64,000 nucleotides of DNA from Anthoceros angustus (lineage: Eukaryota; Plantae; Anthocerotophyta), in assembly GCA_010909165.1 (NCBI GenBank), contig VJWM01000197.1, positions 62,001 through 126,000 of the forward strand. The letters are read 5' to 3'. The position numbers and the translations under genes were made by a program. Below are positions 1 to 9,767 of this stretch, one piece after another (position 1 is the stretch's first letter; each line of letters begins with the position of its first letter). A model generated the notes under the pieces. The model saw only the letters and a program-made list of their open reading frames with translations. It was not told where the DNA came from and did no database searches.

Positions 1-2252
1 ACATCGGTAGAGGACTGGCCGGCTCCTTTGCACGGACAGGGAGCGGCCCGTTTCGGGCTGTGGTGTTGGTTCGGGCGACTAAGGGACAACGAAGAGGGGT
101 GCTAGTGATTTTACGGCGTGTTGGGCCTGCCAGAGGTCTGGTCTCGAGCGCAGCCCATATCGGGCCGGTCTGTTCTACGGCTGGTGGCGCGGGCCTTTCA
201 CTTGGGCCCATTGGGGAGGATGCTTAACGCTCCTGTTGGCGGCGGCACTGGCCGCTCCTTTTCGTCATCAGGCTGCTTGGTTGCTTGCTCAGCTACCTCT
301 TGCTATTGGCGTGTTGGTGCGTGCTGCTTCTGTGTCTTCTGCCATCCCTCCCCCGTCATGGAGCCCAACAAATTCGGGCCGTTTGGGAGGCCCTACGGCT
401 GCTGGAACACGGACGTGTTTTCTGTGGTGGTTCCCACTAGCTCTGCCTTGCGAGATGCTGGTGCTGCTGACCCGGCGAGGCTGTGCGGTGCTCCCCCGGC
501 TGTCAGGGTGTATAGCTGCAACGCGTCCGGATCGTCTCGACCAAGGTCAGGCAGCCCGCGTGTGATGCCTGGGCACGTCTGTGTTCCTTGAAGATTTCAT
601 GGTGGTCGCGACAGCAACCTGCGTATCATGTCTGGGCACGTCTCTGCTCCGTGAAGTTTTCACGGTGATTGCAACCGCAGCCAGATGGTGGCTCCAACCT
701 GGCCGGGCTTGCTACGTCGTTGTCGCTTGCCCGAATCTTCGGCCAGCGGTGCAGTGCTTACCTTTCCTCGTCATTCCCACTACTGATGCAGGCGGGCCTA
801 CAGTAATTTGACAAGAAGTTCTCGAGTGACTGGGGATGCACTCATAATCTAGAATTGCAGAGTTGCAGAATTGCAGATCAGAGCATGGAAAAAGTTCATT
901 GAGTCATCCTCCCATCTCACTCTCATCAGCAGATCCCGAGAGTCCCGCTCACCGCGTCTACTCAGGGATGGAGACATGACGCGCTACCTTCCCGCCGAAG
1001 GAGGAAGAATCTCAAAGCCTCACACAATGCAGATGCTAAGAACACGCACGGGGCTGCTCGCCTGGTCCCGCAAGCTCCGACAACCCGACTCATCACACCC
1101 TTCGCACAAACACGGGCCAAGATCTGAGAGGGCAAAGCAGTCCCGCAGGCTCGGAGAAAAGCTCTCTCACCTACACAGAAGCTCAAGAACATGCACAGCA
1201 TTGGTTGGAACTTGGCTTGACCCGCAAGCTCCGACCAGGGGCCCATCCAACAACCTATTTTCACACACATGGGCTGAAGTTTCAAGAGCCAGAGTACAGT
1301 ACTACTGCAGGCGCGCAGAAGGCTGTGTCGCCAGACAGACGTGCGGTCCAAACTGGTCGTGCAGCAAGGAAGAGCCAACCCTCAAAATCATGGTCCTGAA
1401 TCTTCAACAGAAGCCACAAGAAGACACCGTAAGTACGAACCTCTTCCTCCTCTCAACCACATAAAAAACCCTTGCCGATTCCAGCATCCAATCCCGGAAC
1501 CCCTGGGGCCCGGATACGTAGTACTGCGTACATGTACGCAGTCCATGCCAATATCTGTGCTCCACTTCCAGGCACTTCCGAACTCACACGAGCCTGGCAG
1601 CCTGAACCCCGCAGGCAAGTGATGACGCATGTGACTGGAAGCATCAACGGCGGGGCTGGATCGAAAGCACTCGCCCGGTGTGGACACCCGGTCTCTCCTC
1701 CTCCAGATATCAAACCTGAGCCTCTCAAAGAAGCAGCAAGGACACTGCCACATTACTGTAAGCTTCAAACATCTCCGGAGTCAACATATACATTACAAAA
1801 CCACACCACAGCCAGGGACCACAGCCTCTGCAAGGCCTCCCATTGGCACCTCAACGCAGATGTCAACACCACAAAACCATCTTGTCGCCTCCCCAAGTTT
1901 AGCACAAAAAGGACGAATCGCGTCCCCTTAATCGAGGCAAAGGCACCATGGCAACGCGCTGGTGATGGCAGAAATGAGGTCACAATTCGTGGAAACAGGT
2001 TTTCTTGCTCGCCAAGCCACAGTACAACACCTGACCCATCCCAGCCCGGGCAGTACGGGCAGCTCGCTGGGTGGGCCCCGCCTTTGCCCGTTAATAGCCC
2101 TCCACTGACACTCTCCACGATTTCACCCCCGCGATGCGAGCCCGGCGCCCCGGCCGTCGGAGCCCGGCCCAGTCTTATCTCGGTGCCAGTTCCCGGCCAA
2201 CACACCTGGACGACATGCAGCGCACTCGGCACGGGGAGTGCTTTACATATGC

Positions 2253-2372
2253 GAGTCGTGAGTCGTGAGTCGTGAATATTGAATCGTAAATGCCTGTTGA
2301 ATCGTGAATACTGAATCGTGAATGCCTGTTGAATCGTGAATACTGAAGCGTGAATCCGGAATCGTGAAATGT
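2253..2372. repeat. Array of (GA/GAA)TCGTGA motifs with a 32-bp higher-order unit, upstream of the GRAS gene
   Basis: GAGTCGT x3, then TGAATCGTGAATGCCTGT-TGAATCGTGAATAC x2. Seven exact TCGTGA plus two variants. Confidence 0.85.
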
Positions 2373-3014
2373 TAAAACCCGCTACGCCCTGACATGAGTC
2401 AAACGGCTGTCAACCGCGCGAGGACCGTTTCGCCATCACCTAAACCGCGCGCTGCCATTGGCAGAAGGCGGTTGCGCCGAGCGCACCAGGGCTGGCGGCA
2501 ACGTTGGTGCGGGGCATATCCCACTGGATACCTGATCCTCTCCAGCGTCTCAAACCGATGGAGTCGCGACTCAAGCGTCTCCTGGTCCCGGGTCCCGGGT
2601 CCCGGGTGGATTATTCTATTGCTTTTGCGTCTCTTTCGTCCGGCCAAGTTGCATCTGCCAAGAGCGGTGTGCATCACACACTGGTCTGGGGCTTCGAGCG
2701 GCAACGTTCTAGAAGAGGGCGTGGCGATGGCGTCCTCGTGCAGAGGGAGGTGGAAGGCGCGGAGGAGGTGCGGGAGCCGAAGGGGAGGGGAAGGTGGCTG
2801 GATGTGGGTAGAGGAGGGAGCATATCTTTCCCGCCAACGCAGAGAGGGTGAGAGTGTTTCCACTCGTGAGGCCCTGGAGTGAGAGTTGAGGCTGGAAAGG
2901 AGAGGAATTTGGAAAGGGAGACGTGGAGGAAGAGGAAGTGGCGGCGGGATGGCGGCGGGGAGGCGGCAGTGCCGTCCTAGAAGGTGTTGAAGCCGCAGCG
3001 GGAGCAGCACCAGG

Positions 3015-5027
3015 ATGCAACGTGATAGCGGCTCCACTGCCCGGGCCTCTTCCCTCACAGCGCAATTGCAGGCCGCATGGCTGCACTCGCAAATTCCCAG
3101 GCTCTCCAAGACAGTGCCGGTGTCCAGCCGTAGCTCGCGGGCGGCCGGGGTGTCTACTTCTTCTGCGTCCAAGAGCTCCGGGAGAAGGCCGGAGAAGCTG
3201 GCCAATGTGGTGAAGCCGAGGGGGAGCGGGGTTTCCGTGGAGAGTGTGGTGAGCTTTGAAGTCGGTTCCGGATGGACTCCGTCGTCCACACGGTCGTATG
3301 ACAGCTCCGGGAGCGCTCCGTTTTCGGATTGGAGCTCTCCGAGCTCGCGCGGGGTGGGATGCGATGGCGATGGCGATGGCGATTTATGGGACATTATGTC
3401 CTCCCGGGAGAGCTCTCTGGCCTCCGACACGGGGTTTGTTCAGGAGGAGTCTCAGGCGAAGAAGTTGGCACGGTTTGATACCGATGATACTTCGATTTTT
3501 GCCTCCTATGTCACCGGGATGCTGAAGGATGATTCTCTTGCCTCCAAGAGGTGTATGGTGGAGGAGAGTTTGGCTTACCAGGCCGGGCACAATGAGCTTG
3601 CGGATGTGATCGGCGCTTTTGGAAGTTTTGATAATTTTGGTCTTGCTGCGCGTGAGGAGAAAGATGGTCTTGGTGAATCTGCCTTGCAAGAGAAGGTGAG
3701 GTCTGTCCCGGGGTCTCCTGCTCATGCTGACGATGTGGAGAATTGGATCGACAGCTTGCTTAGCGCGCCGCCTCTGCCGGTTGAGACTCTAGCTGATTTC
3801 CAAGACGATTCGGAAAGTTCGAGCTTGTGTCAAAAGGAGGAGATGTGCGGGCCTGCCCCGCAGGCTCCGGAAAGGGTTTTGCCTGGCCCGCAGATCCCGG
3901 ATCTGGATAATTTGCTTCTGCAGTGCGCGCAGGCGGTGTCTTCCGACGATGTGCTCACTGCGAACCTTATTGTCGGGGAGATCCGGCAGTACAGCTCTCC
4001 CTACGGGAATGGCGTGCAGAGGCTGGCGCACTACTTCACCGAGGGACTGGTGGCTCGGCTCTCCGGGAGTGGAGCAGACTTGTACTCTGCCACTCGCAGC
4101 CGTCCCACAGCTAGCGCCATGGTGCGAGCGTACCACATGTACGAGACCAAGTGCCCCTACGTGTGCCTGGCGCACAGCTTCTCGAACCAGGCTTTGTTGG
4201 ATGCTTTCGAGGGAGCTTCTCGGGTGCACGTCGTGGATTACGGCGTGATGTATGGTTTCCAGTGGCCTGCGTTCATCAAGGAGCTCGCTGACCGCCCTGG
4301 AGGACCTCCCCGTCTGCGCTTGACTGGAGTGGATTTCCCGCAGCCAGGGTTCAAGCCGGCGGAGCGCCTGGAGGAGGTGGGCAAGCGGCTGGAAGAGGTG
4401 GCCAAGCTCTTTGGCGTGCCCTTCGAGTTCCAGGCGGTGGCCAACAAGTGGGAGGCTGTGCATCCTGCTGCATTGGGATTGCGGCATGACGAGGTGCTGG
4501 CTGTGAATTGCATCTATCGGCTGCGCCACCTGCTTGATGAGAGTGTCATGCCCTCCAGTCCCCGGAAGCTTGTGCTGAACCGCATTCGGAGCATGAATCC
4601 GAAGCTCTTCGTCACAGGCATTGTGAGCGGGTGTTACAATGTGCCATTTTTCTTGTCCCGGTTTCGGGAGTGCCTGCACCACTACTCGTATGTGTTCGAC
4701 TCGCTGGACTCTATTGTTCCCAGAGACTGTGACGTGAGGTGTCTGGTGGAGAGGGAGATCCTGGGTCGAGAGATTCTCAACGTTGTGGCATGCGAGGGCA
4801 TGGAGCGAGTGGAGAGGCCCGAGCCCTACTACCAGTGGCATCGCAGGCTAAAGAACGCCGGTTTCAGTCAGCTCCCTCTCTCGAAATCTGTACGTGCTAG
4901 TTCACTGGAGACCTTGCGGCAACATCACAAGGACTTCGGCGTTGCGGATGATGATGGCTGGTTGCTACTCGGCTGGAAGAACCAGGTTGTGAAAGGTCTG
5001 GCCGCATGGCAGCCGGCTGAAGCATGA
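3015..5027 (+). CDS. GRAS-family transcription factor, LISCL (SCL9/SCL14-like) subfamily, single exon, 670 aa
   Basis: LHRI (LLLQCAQAV...QRLAHYFTEGLVARL), VHIID-like (VHVVDYGVMYGFQWP), LRLTGVDFPQPGFKPAERLEEVGKRL, PFYRE-like and SAW-like (GWKNQVVKGLAAW) motifs. N-terminal YVTGMLKDD...CMVEESLAYQA resembles the LISCL motif. Confidence 0.93.
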   Translation: MQRDSGSTARASSLTAQLQAAWLHSQIPRLSKTVPVSSRSSRAAGVSTSSASKSSGRRPEKLANVVKPRGSGVSVESVVSFEVGSGWTPSSTRSYDSSGSAPFSDWSSPSSRGVGCDGDGDGDLWDIMSSRESSLASDTGFVQEESQAKKLARFDTDDTSIFASYVTGMLKDDSLASKRCMVEESLAYQAGHNELADVIGAFGSFDNFGLAAREEKDGLGESALQEKVRSVPGSPAHADDVENWIDSLLSAPPLPVETLADFQDDSESSSLCQKEEMCGPAPQAPERVLPGPQIPDLDNLLLQCAQAVSSDDVLTANLIVGEIRQYSSPYGNGVQRLAHYFTEGLVARLSGSGADLYSATRSRPTASAMVRAYHMYETKCPYVCLAHSFSNQALLDAFEGASRVHVVDYGVMYGFQWPAFIKELADRPGGPPRLRLTGVDFPQPGFKPAERLEEVGKRLEEVAKLFGVPFEFQAVANKWEAVHPAALGLRHDEVLAVNCIYRLRHLLDESVMPSSPRKLVLNRIRSMNPKLFVTGIVSGCYNVPFFLSRFRECLHHYSYVFDSLDSIVPRDCDVRCLVEREILGREILNVVACEGMERVERPEPYYQWHRRLKNAGFSQLPLSKSVRASSLETLRQHHKDFGVADDDGWLLLGWKNQVVKGLAAWQPAEA

Positions 5028-5565
5028 CATCTTTAGGTCCCCTCCCTTTGCGGATCTTCCTTGTATCATACGCTTTTTTTTTTTTTTTTTGGTTATAGCT
5101 TAGAATCTAGATAGTGCCTTCTCACTTCAGGTGGCTCATTGCAGTGGTCTGCTTTGGCAAACCGCGATCCAGTAGTCAGTTCAGTCTGTAGGAATTATTG
5201 GTCGTATACTGCAGGTGCGTGCAGTCATACTTCATTGTAGGACGACATGGCTGTTCATGAATGTTGCCTGCTTGCCTTATTTCCGATTGGCACAGTGTTC
5301 TTCTTTGGCGTGTGCTCGTTGATGCCTTGCATACTCCGGTGCACCGCCTACATTTTGTAATGTAAAGCCAGCTTCAGTCCTGTTTTGAGCTTCAAACGAC
5401 CGGCTCTTTCAAAGGGAGTAAAAGTCTGTACAGGAAATGGTCCTGAACGTAACGCCCCTAATTCGCAGCGGGTAAAATGTTGGCTCCCAGCGGTTTAGGA
5501 CCTCGCCAATTCACCCCAAAAGAAAGACTTGCACAATTTTCAATGCTCTCAATAATCTTACGATG

Positions 5566-5800
5566 CATACTAAGCTCCAAGTAACCCGCAGCACTAAGCT
5601 CCAAGTACCTCGCAGCACTAAGCTCCAAGTAATCCGCAGCACTAAGCTCCAAGTAACATGTAGCACTAAGTTTCAAGTAATCCATCATCAACTGACAACT
5701 CGCATACCATCTCCTCGAGGTGTTAGGCTCCAAGTAGCCCACCATCAACTGACAACTCGCACACTACCTCCTTGAGGTGCTAGGCTCCAAGTAGCATCGT
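5566..5800. repeat. 24-bp tandem repeat (about 5 copies) followed by a ~57-bp repeat (about 3 copies) inside the 3' LTR
   Basis: GCACTAAGCTCCAAGTAACCCGCA units, then CATCAACTGACAACTCGC...GCTCCAAGTAGC units. Confidence 0.9.
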
Positions 5801-6114
5801 CAACTGACAATTAGTAGACCACCTCCTTGATGTGCTGCTCTTTATTCACAAAATACACACTTGAGTCTGGCTATCTATGCCTAAGTGGCTACTGCTCTTG
5901 ACTCGACAACAAGCTCACTAACTAGGCTCTCCACAGCTCTCTCAACATAAGGCTTGCAACGCACAATGAACTGACCCATGCGACACTCTTACACTAGCCT
6001 ATATATATCCCGCAAGCTCGCTTCAACTAGACAGCTACTAATTCAGGGGATTCTTGCAGACTACTAACCACTAAGAGTCCCTGTAATCTAATTAAGTGCT
6101 TTGTAATCCAATCA

Positions 6115-6560
6115 TCATCTTAATCCTCCATTCTTCTTGCGCATGAACAACACTAGCGCACCAAATGGAGACTTTGAGATTCTTACATAGCCATTGGCTA
6201 GTAGGTTAGACATCTGTCTCTTCTCTTGCAGCTCATCCTGCGATACCATATACGGTGCTCTTAAAGGCGGTGTACTTCCTAGCTTCAGACCAATCTCATG
6301 ATCTACAACTCTTCTAGGAGGTAAAGGAGGCAACTCATCAGGCATCAAGTCTATGAACTCATCCAACTTGAAGACAACATGCACTTCCATGGAATCTTTG
6401 GTTTCTCTTGAGACTCCATCTCAAGTCCATCTTCTAGTCCTTAGAGCATAAGTAAAATGAGTTCCTCTCCGTCCTTTACACAACGTTTGAGCTCTTTCTT
6501 AGAGATGATATCTTCAATGTTGTCTCCCACCTCTTGCTTGAAAACTGTTGTGCCCTTCAT
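6115..6560 (-). pseudogene. Gypsy pol fragment (linker and start of reverse transcriptase)
   Basis: DELPPLPPRRVVDHEIGL..GSTPPLRAPY...GYVRISKSPFGALVLFMRKKNGGLR is the typical gypsy pre-RT/RT start. It is truncated at the LTR. Confidence 0.85.
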
Positions 6561-7380
6561 CTCCTAAGATCTATATGGTGTGTGAGTCCACGTTCGAACA
6601 TACCTTATAGGACTTCATCTATTCTAATCCCAAAATGACTTTCATGATCATCTATATCTATAACTGTGAAGCTCGCTGCTTCTTTCCAATTCCCTATCTG
6701 CAAATGCACTTCATACAATTCACCTATGTATCACAACATTCCTTTAGCTTATTTCACTCCACACGGCTTAGATGTACTAGCCCATATCAAACCAAGCTTG
6801 CTTGTCTTGCTAGGAGAAATGAAATTATGTGTCGTTGTCAAGTCAAGCAAGATCCTCGCTTCTGCTCCATTTAAAAATCCATGTATGTACATGAGCTTTC
6901 CACTTGCCCTCCGAATTGTGCCATCCATGGCACTCTTAGACTCACTACATGCAGCGTGTGTGACATGTCGCCGATCCCGTCACCTGTGATCCTCGAATCT
7001 GGCCACTTCTGTGATCCGGAGTCTTCGAGGCTGTGGATCTTGTTCCACTACGTTGAGAATTTGTTTAACATCTGGACATTCATTTGCATAATATCTCGAC
7101 TCTCCACAAGAGTAGCACACTCCTTTTCAAGAACCCATTATGACTGTTCTTTGAGCTCTACGGCCTTTGCTCCCTCCTCGATTTCTTCCACGTGATCTCA
7201 CGTTGCACTGGAGGTCATTGAGGACAATGACATCTTCCCAGTGGGGAGAGAGAGTAATGGTACTGGTGAAATAAGGTAGAAAAATGAAAAGTTAAAAGAG
7301 GTAAAAAGCTGAGTTGAGAAGGTTGATGTATGGTGCGCTCTCTCTCCCTGGGAAGATGTCATCATCCCCACAATCCCCTG

Positions 7381-7690
7381 AGTTAGTAGCTGCCTAGTTG
7401 AGGTGAACTTGCGGGATATATAAGGGCTAGAGTAAAGCTGTAGTATGAGTTAGTTCATTGTGCACTGCAAGTCTTATGTTGAGAGAGCTGTGGAGAGCCT
7501 AACTAGTGAACTTGCCCTTGAGTCAAGTGCACCAACCAGTTGGGCGTAGATAGCCAGACTCAAGTGTGTATTCTGTGAATTAAAAGCAGCACCTCGAGGA
7601 GGTGGTCTACGAGTCGTCAGTTGATAGCGGGCTAATTGGAGCCTAGTGCTGAGTCGTGAGATTGAAAGCATTGAGACTTGTGCAAGTTCC
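7381..7690. repeat. Inverted partial copy of the element's LTR
   Basis: The reverse complement aligns along its length with 7815-8130 and, allowing for the repeat expansion, with 5525-6045 (e.g. GGCTCTCCACAGCTCTCT, TTGACTCAAGGGCAAG). Confidence 0.85.
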
Positions 7691-7716
7691 TCTAATCACT
7701 CAGATGAATGGACTGC

Positions 7717-7728
7717 GCTCTAATACCA
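7717..7728 (-). promoter_or_regulatory. Primer-binding site (tRNA-iMet type)
   Basis: Minus strand TGGTATTAGAGC, one mismatch to TGGTATCAGAGC, 3 nt after the LTR end GGGCGTTACT. Confidence 0.75.
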
Positions 7729-8153
7729 CAAAGTAACGCCCTTTACAATGCAACTAGTAAGAAGCAACAAGTGTTAGCTCCCCAATAGTCTAGGACCTCG
7801 CCAATTCACTCTAAACAAGAGACTTGCACAACTCTCAACGTTCTCAATCTCACGACGCGGCACTAGGCTTCAAGTACCCCACCATCAATCGACGACGCGC
7901 AGTCCACCTCCTCGAGAAGAGGCTCTTTATTCACAGAATAAACACTCGAGTCTGCCTATCTACGCTCAACTGGCTAGTGCCCTTGACTCAAGGGCAAGCT
8001 CACTAGCTAGGCTCTCCACAGCTCTCTGAACACAAGGATTGCAACGCACAATGAAATGATTGATGTTACGTCCTTGCTCAAGCCCATATATATCCAGCAG
8101 ACTCGCCTTAACTAGGCATCTACTAACTTAGGGGATTTTTGTACACCACTTAT

Positions 8154-8369
8154 CATTAAAAGTCCTCTCTAGGCAGCTCTTTATTAGTGGCTACAACAAT
8201 TCCTCTTTAATAGGAGATTGCATGACATTAAGAGTCCTCCCCAGGCAATTTTTTATTAGTGGCTACAACAATTCCTCTTTAATAGCAGATTGCATGACAT
8301 TAAGAGTACTCTCTAGGCAGCTCTTTATAAGTGGCTACAACAATTCCTCTTTAATAGAAAATTACATGA
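8154..8369. repeat. 72-bp tandem repeat x3
   Basis: CATTAAGAGTCCTCTCTAGGCAG...GATTGCATGA units start at 8154, 8226 and 8298. Confidence 0.95.
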
Positions 8370-8690
8370 AATATGTAATACATGCATTTTCTTAATAAGG
8401 TAGTTACTAATTAATTTTTACTTATTTTAATTTTTCATCTTTTTACTTTATTTCATCAATGATGAGTCCCCCTTTTTGGTTTTTCTCTTTGTACATGATA
8501 TTTCTGTTGGTGAAAATTCCTTAAGAGCGCGGTAAACGGCAAATAACAAGGATCATGTGCGCGAAATGTCCATCACCTGGGAGTCGGTACAGGTTGTACA
8601 CTTGCCGGCAACTTTGGCTAGTGCTTTGTAATCGTAACAAAAACACATTTTGTGCTTGGAAGCGTGCCACACCATGACTGTCACGAGCCT

Positions 8691-9587
8691 TCAAGACAAC
8701 ATCTCTTGTCTCTGGGACTCCAAAGCTTCCAGTACACTGTCTACCCATCCGTCCAGGCCAGGGTGTTCGGGATAGAAAACTTTCTGCAAACCTGCTTTCC
8801 TGGCTGCAACAGCAGACGTGCTCCCTATGCAAGCAGCGGCTCCGCTCCATTCTCTGGTACCGGCCACCAGCTCCATCCAGGCTTTCACAGCAGTGGGAGA
8901 GGCAAAGGTTGCCACGGGTGCTGAGGCAGCCAGATCTACGGCTGCTTCATCCAAGCCTCTAGCAGACTCGGTGGAGTAAGTGTTGAGGCGGATGACGCTG
9001 AATCCGCGCTGAGACAATCCGTTCTCAAGGTCGATTCCCGCCTTGCAAGAGGCCGGATATAGCACCCTGCCACAGCCGTTCACCACTTCCGGGAGTTCTG
9101 CGGCCAGAACTTTGGCAGTCGCCACCGACGGTGTGAACTCCACTTGCACAGACTCCTCGCCTTCGAACACTTGGCCTGTGCCTGCTCCGACAACAGCAAT
9201 GCGCACCGTCAGGGAGCCGGCAGCTCTCCAGGACTCGAGAAAAACCATTGCGGCCTCTGGAGATGTCACCACAATCCAATCAAACACCTGCTCCTGCAGA
9301 ACCTGCGCCAGTATTGGCTGATCCGGTCCTTCCCGGTGCTCAATCAGGGGAAGTTCGATGCACCCTATGCCAAAGGCACTTAGGGCTTTGATGAGCTTGC
9401 CATTCTTCCCCCGCTCTCGCGTCACCACAACCTTGGAGCCCTGGAAATCCCCGCCACCGGCCACCATGTAGACTACATTGCCACGGCAGGTGAATGCTGC
9501 CGGTCTCAAATCTGCTTTGTAGTGCAATGTCTGTTGCCTGGACCAACCTGTGGCAGTGCAACCACAAACTAGCGTCGCCGTTGCCAT
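8691..9587 (-). CDS. UROS: Uroporphyrinogen-III synthase (HemD), probably plastid-targeted, intronless, about 298 aa
   Basis: [74 protein letters not shown] and [10 protein letters not shown] match plant UROS. The first ATG is at 9587 (the ORF track starts at an upstream TTG) and is followed by a transit-peptide-like region. Confidence 0.93.
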   Translation of the reverse strand: MATATLVCGCTATGWSRQQTLHYKADLRPAAFTCRGNVVYMVAGGGDFQGSKVVVTRERGKNGKLIKALSAFGIGCIELPLIEHREGPDQPILAQVLQEQVFDWIVVTSPEAAMVFLESWRAAGSLTVRIAVVGAGTGQVFEGEESVQVEFTPSVATAKVLAAELPEVVNGCGRVLYPASCKAGIDLENGLSQRGFSVIRLNTYSTESARGLDEAAVDLAASAPVATFASPTAVKAWMELVAGTREWSGAAACIGSTSAVAARKAGLQKVFYPEHPGLDGWVDSVLEALESQRQEMLS

Positions 9588-9767
9588 TGGAGCTTCCTCA
9601 GCTTTCGACTTCTCGCATCTTCGTTTGAAGGTTTGCAAAGAGGGTTTGGATGCTAGCTAACGGATGCCAGCTAACAAAGCGGGTGATAACATGGACAGAT
9701 GCGATCACGTTACTTCGGCAAATGCATAGTCTCTCTAGCATAGCGTTCAATGTCCACAACCAGCTAC

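Larger units (their letters stand above)
5448..8382 (-). mobile_element. Internally deleted Ty3/gypsy (Tekay/Del-like) LTR retrotransposon remnant
   Basis: Two related LTR-like blocks (5448-~6095 and 7732-~8380) both end GGGCGTTAC on the minus strand. A Met-type PBS follows the right-hand block, and an RT N-terminal fragment lies inside. The right boundary is approximate. Confidence 0.75.

Noticed and set aside
1-850. GC-rich ORFs and an imperfect ~62-bp tandem at 564-690
   Set aside because: No recognisable domain. Probably a repeat fragment cut by the window edge.
871-2275. ORFs of 197 and 267 aa, including an RHRKYEPL stretch faintly like an RLE C-terminus
   Set aside because: No supporting CCHC or RAD/PD motifs, and low-information composition.
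2399-4841. Long minus-strand ORFs (343 and 350 aa) overlapping GRAS
   Set aside because: Antisense shadows of a GC-rich coding region.
5074-5090. T17 tract after the GRAS stop
   Set aside because: On the wrong strand for a retrocopy poly(A) tail. GRAS genes are commonly intronless anyway.
5566-5800. Regular repeats resembling a CRISPR array (also 26297-26537 and 63277-63385)
   Set aside because: No unique spacers, no cas genes, and a eukaryotic context.
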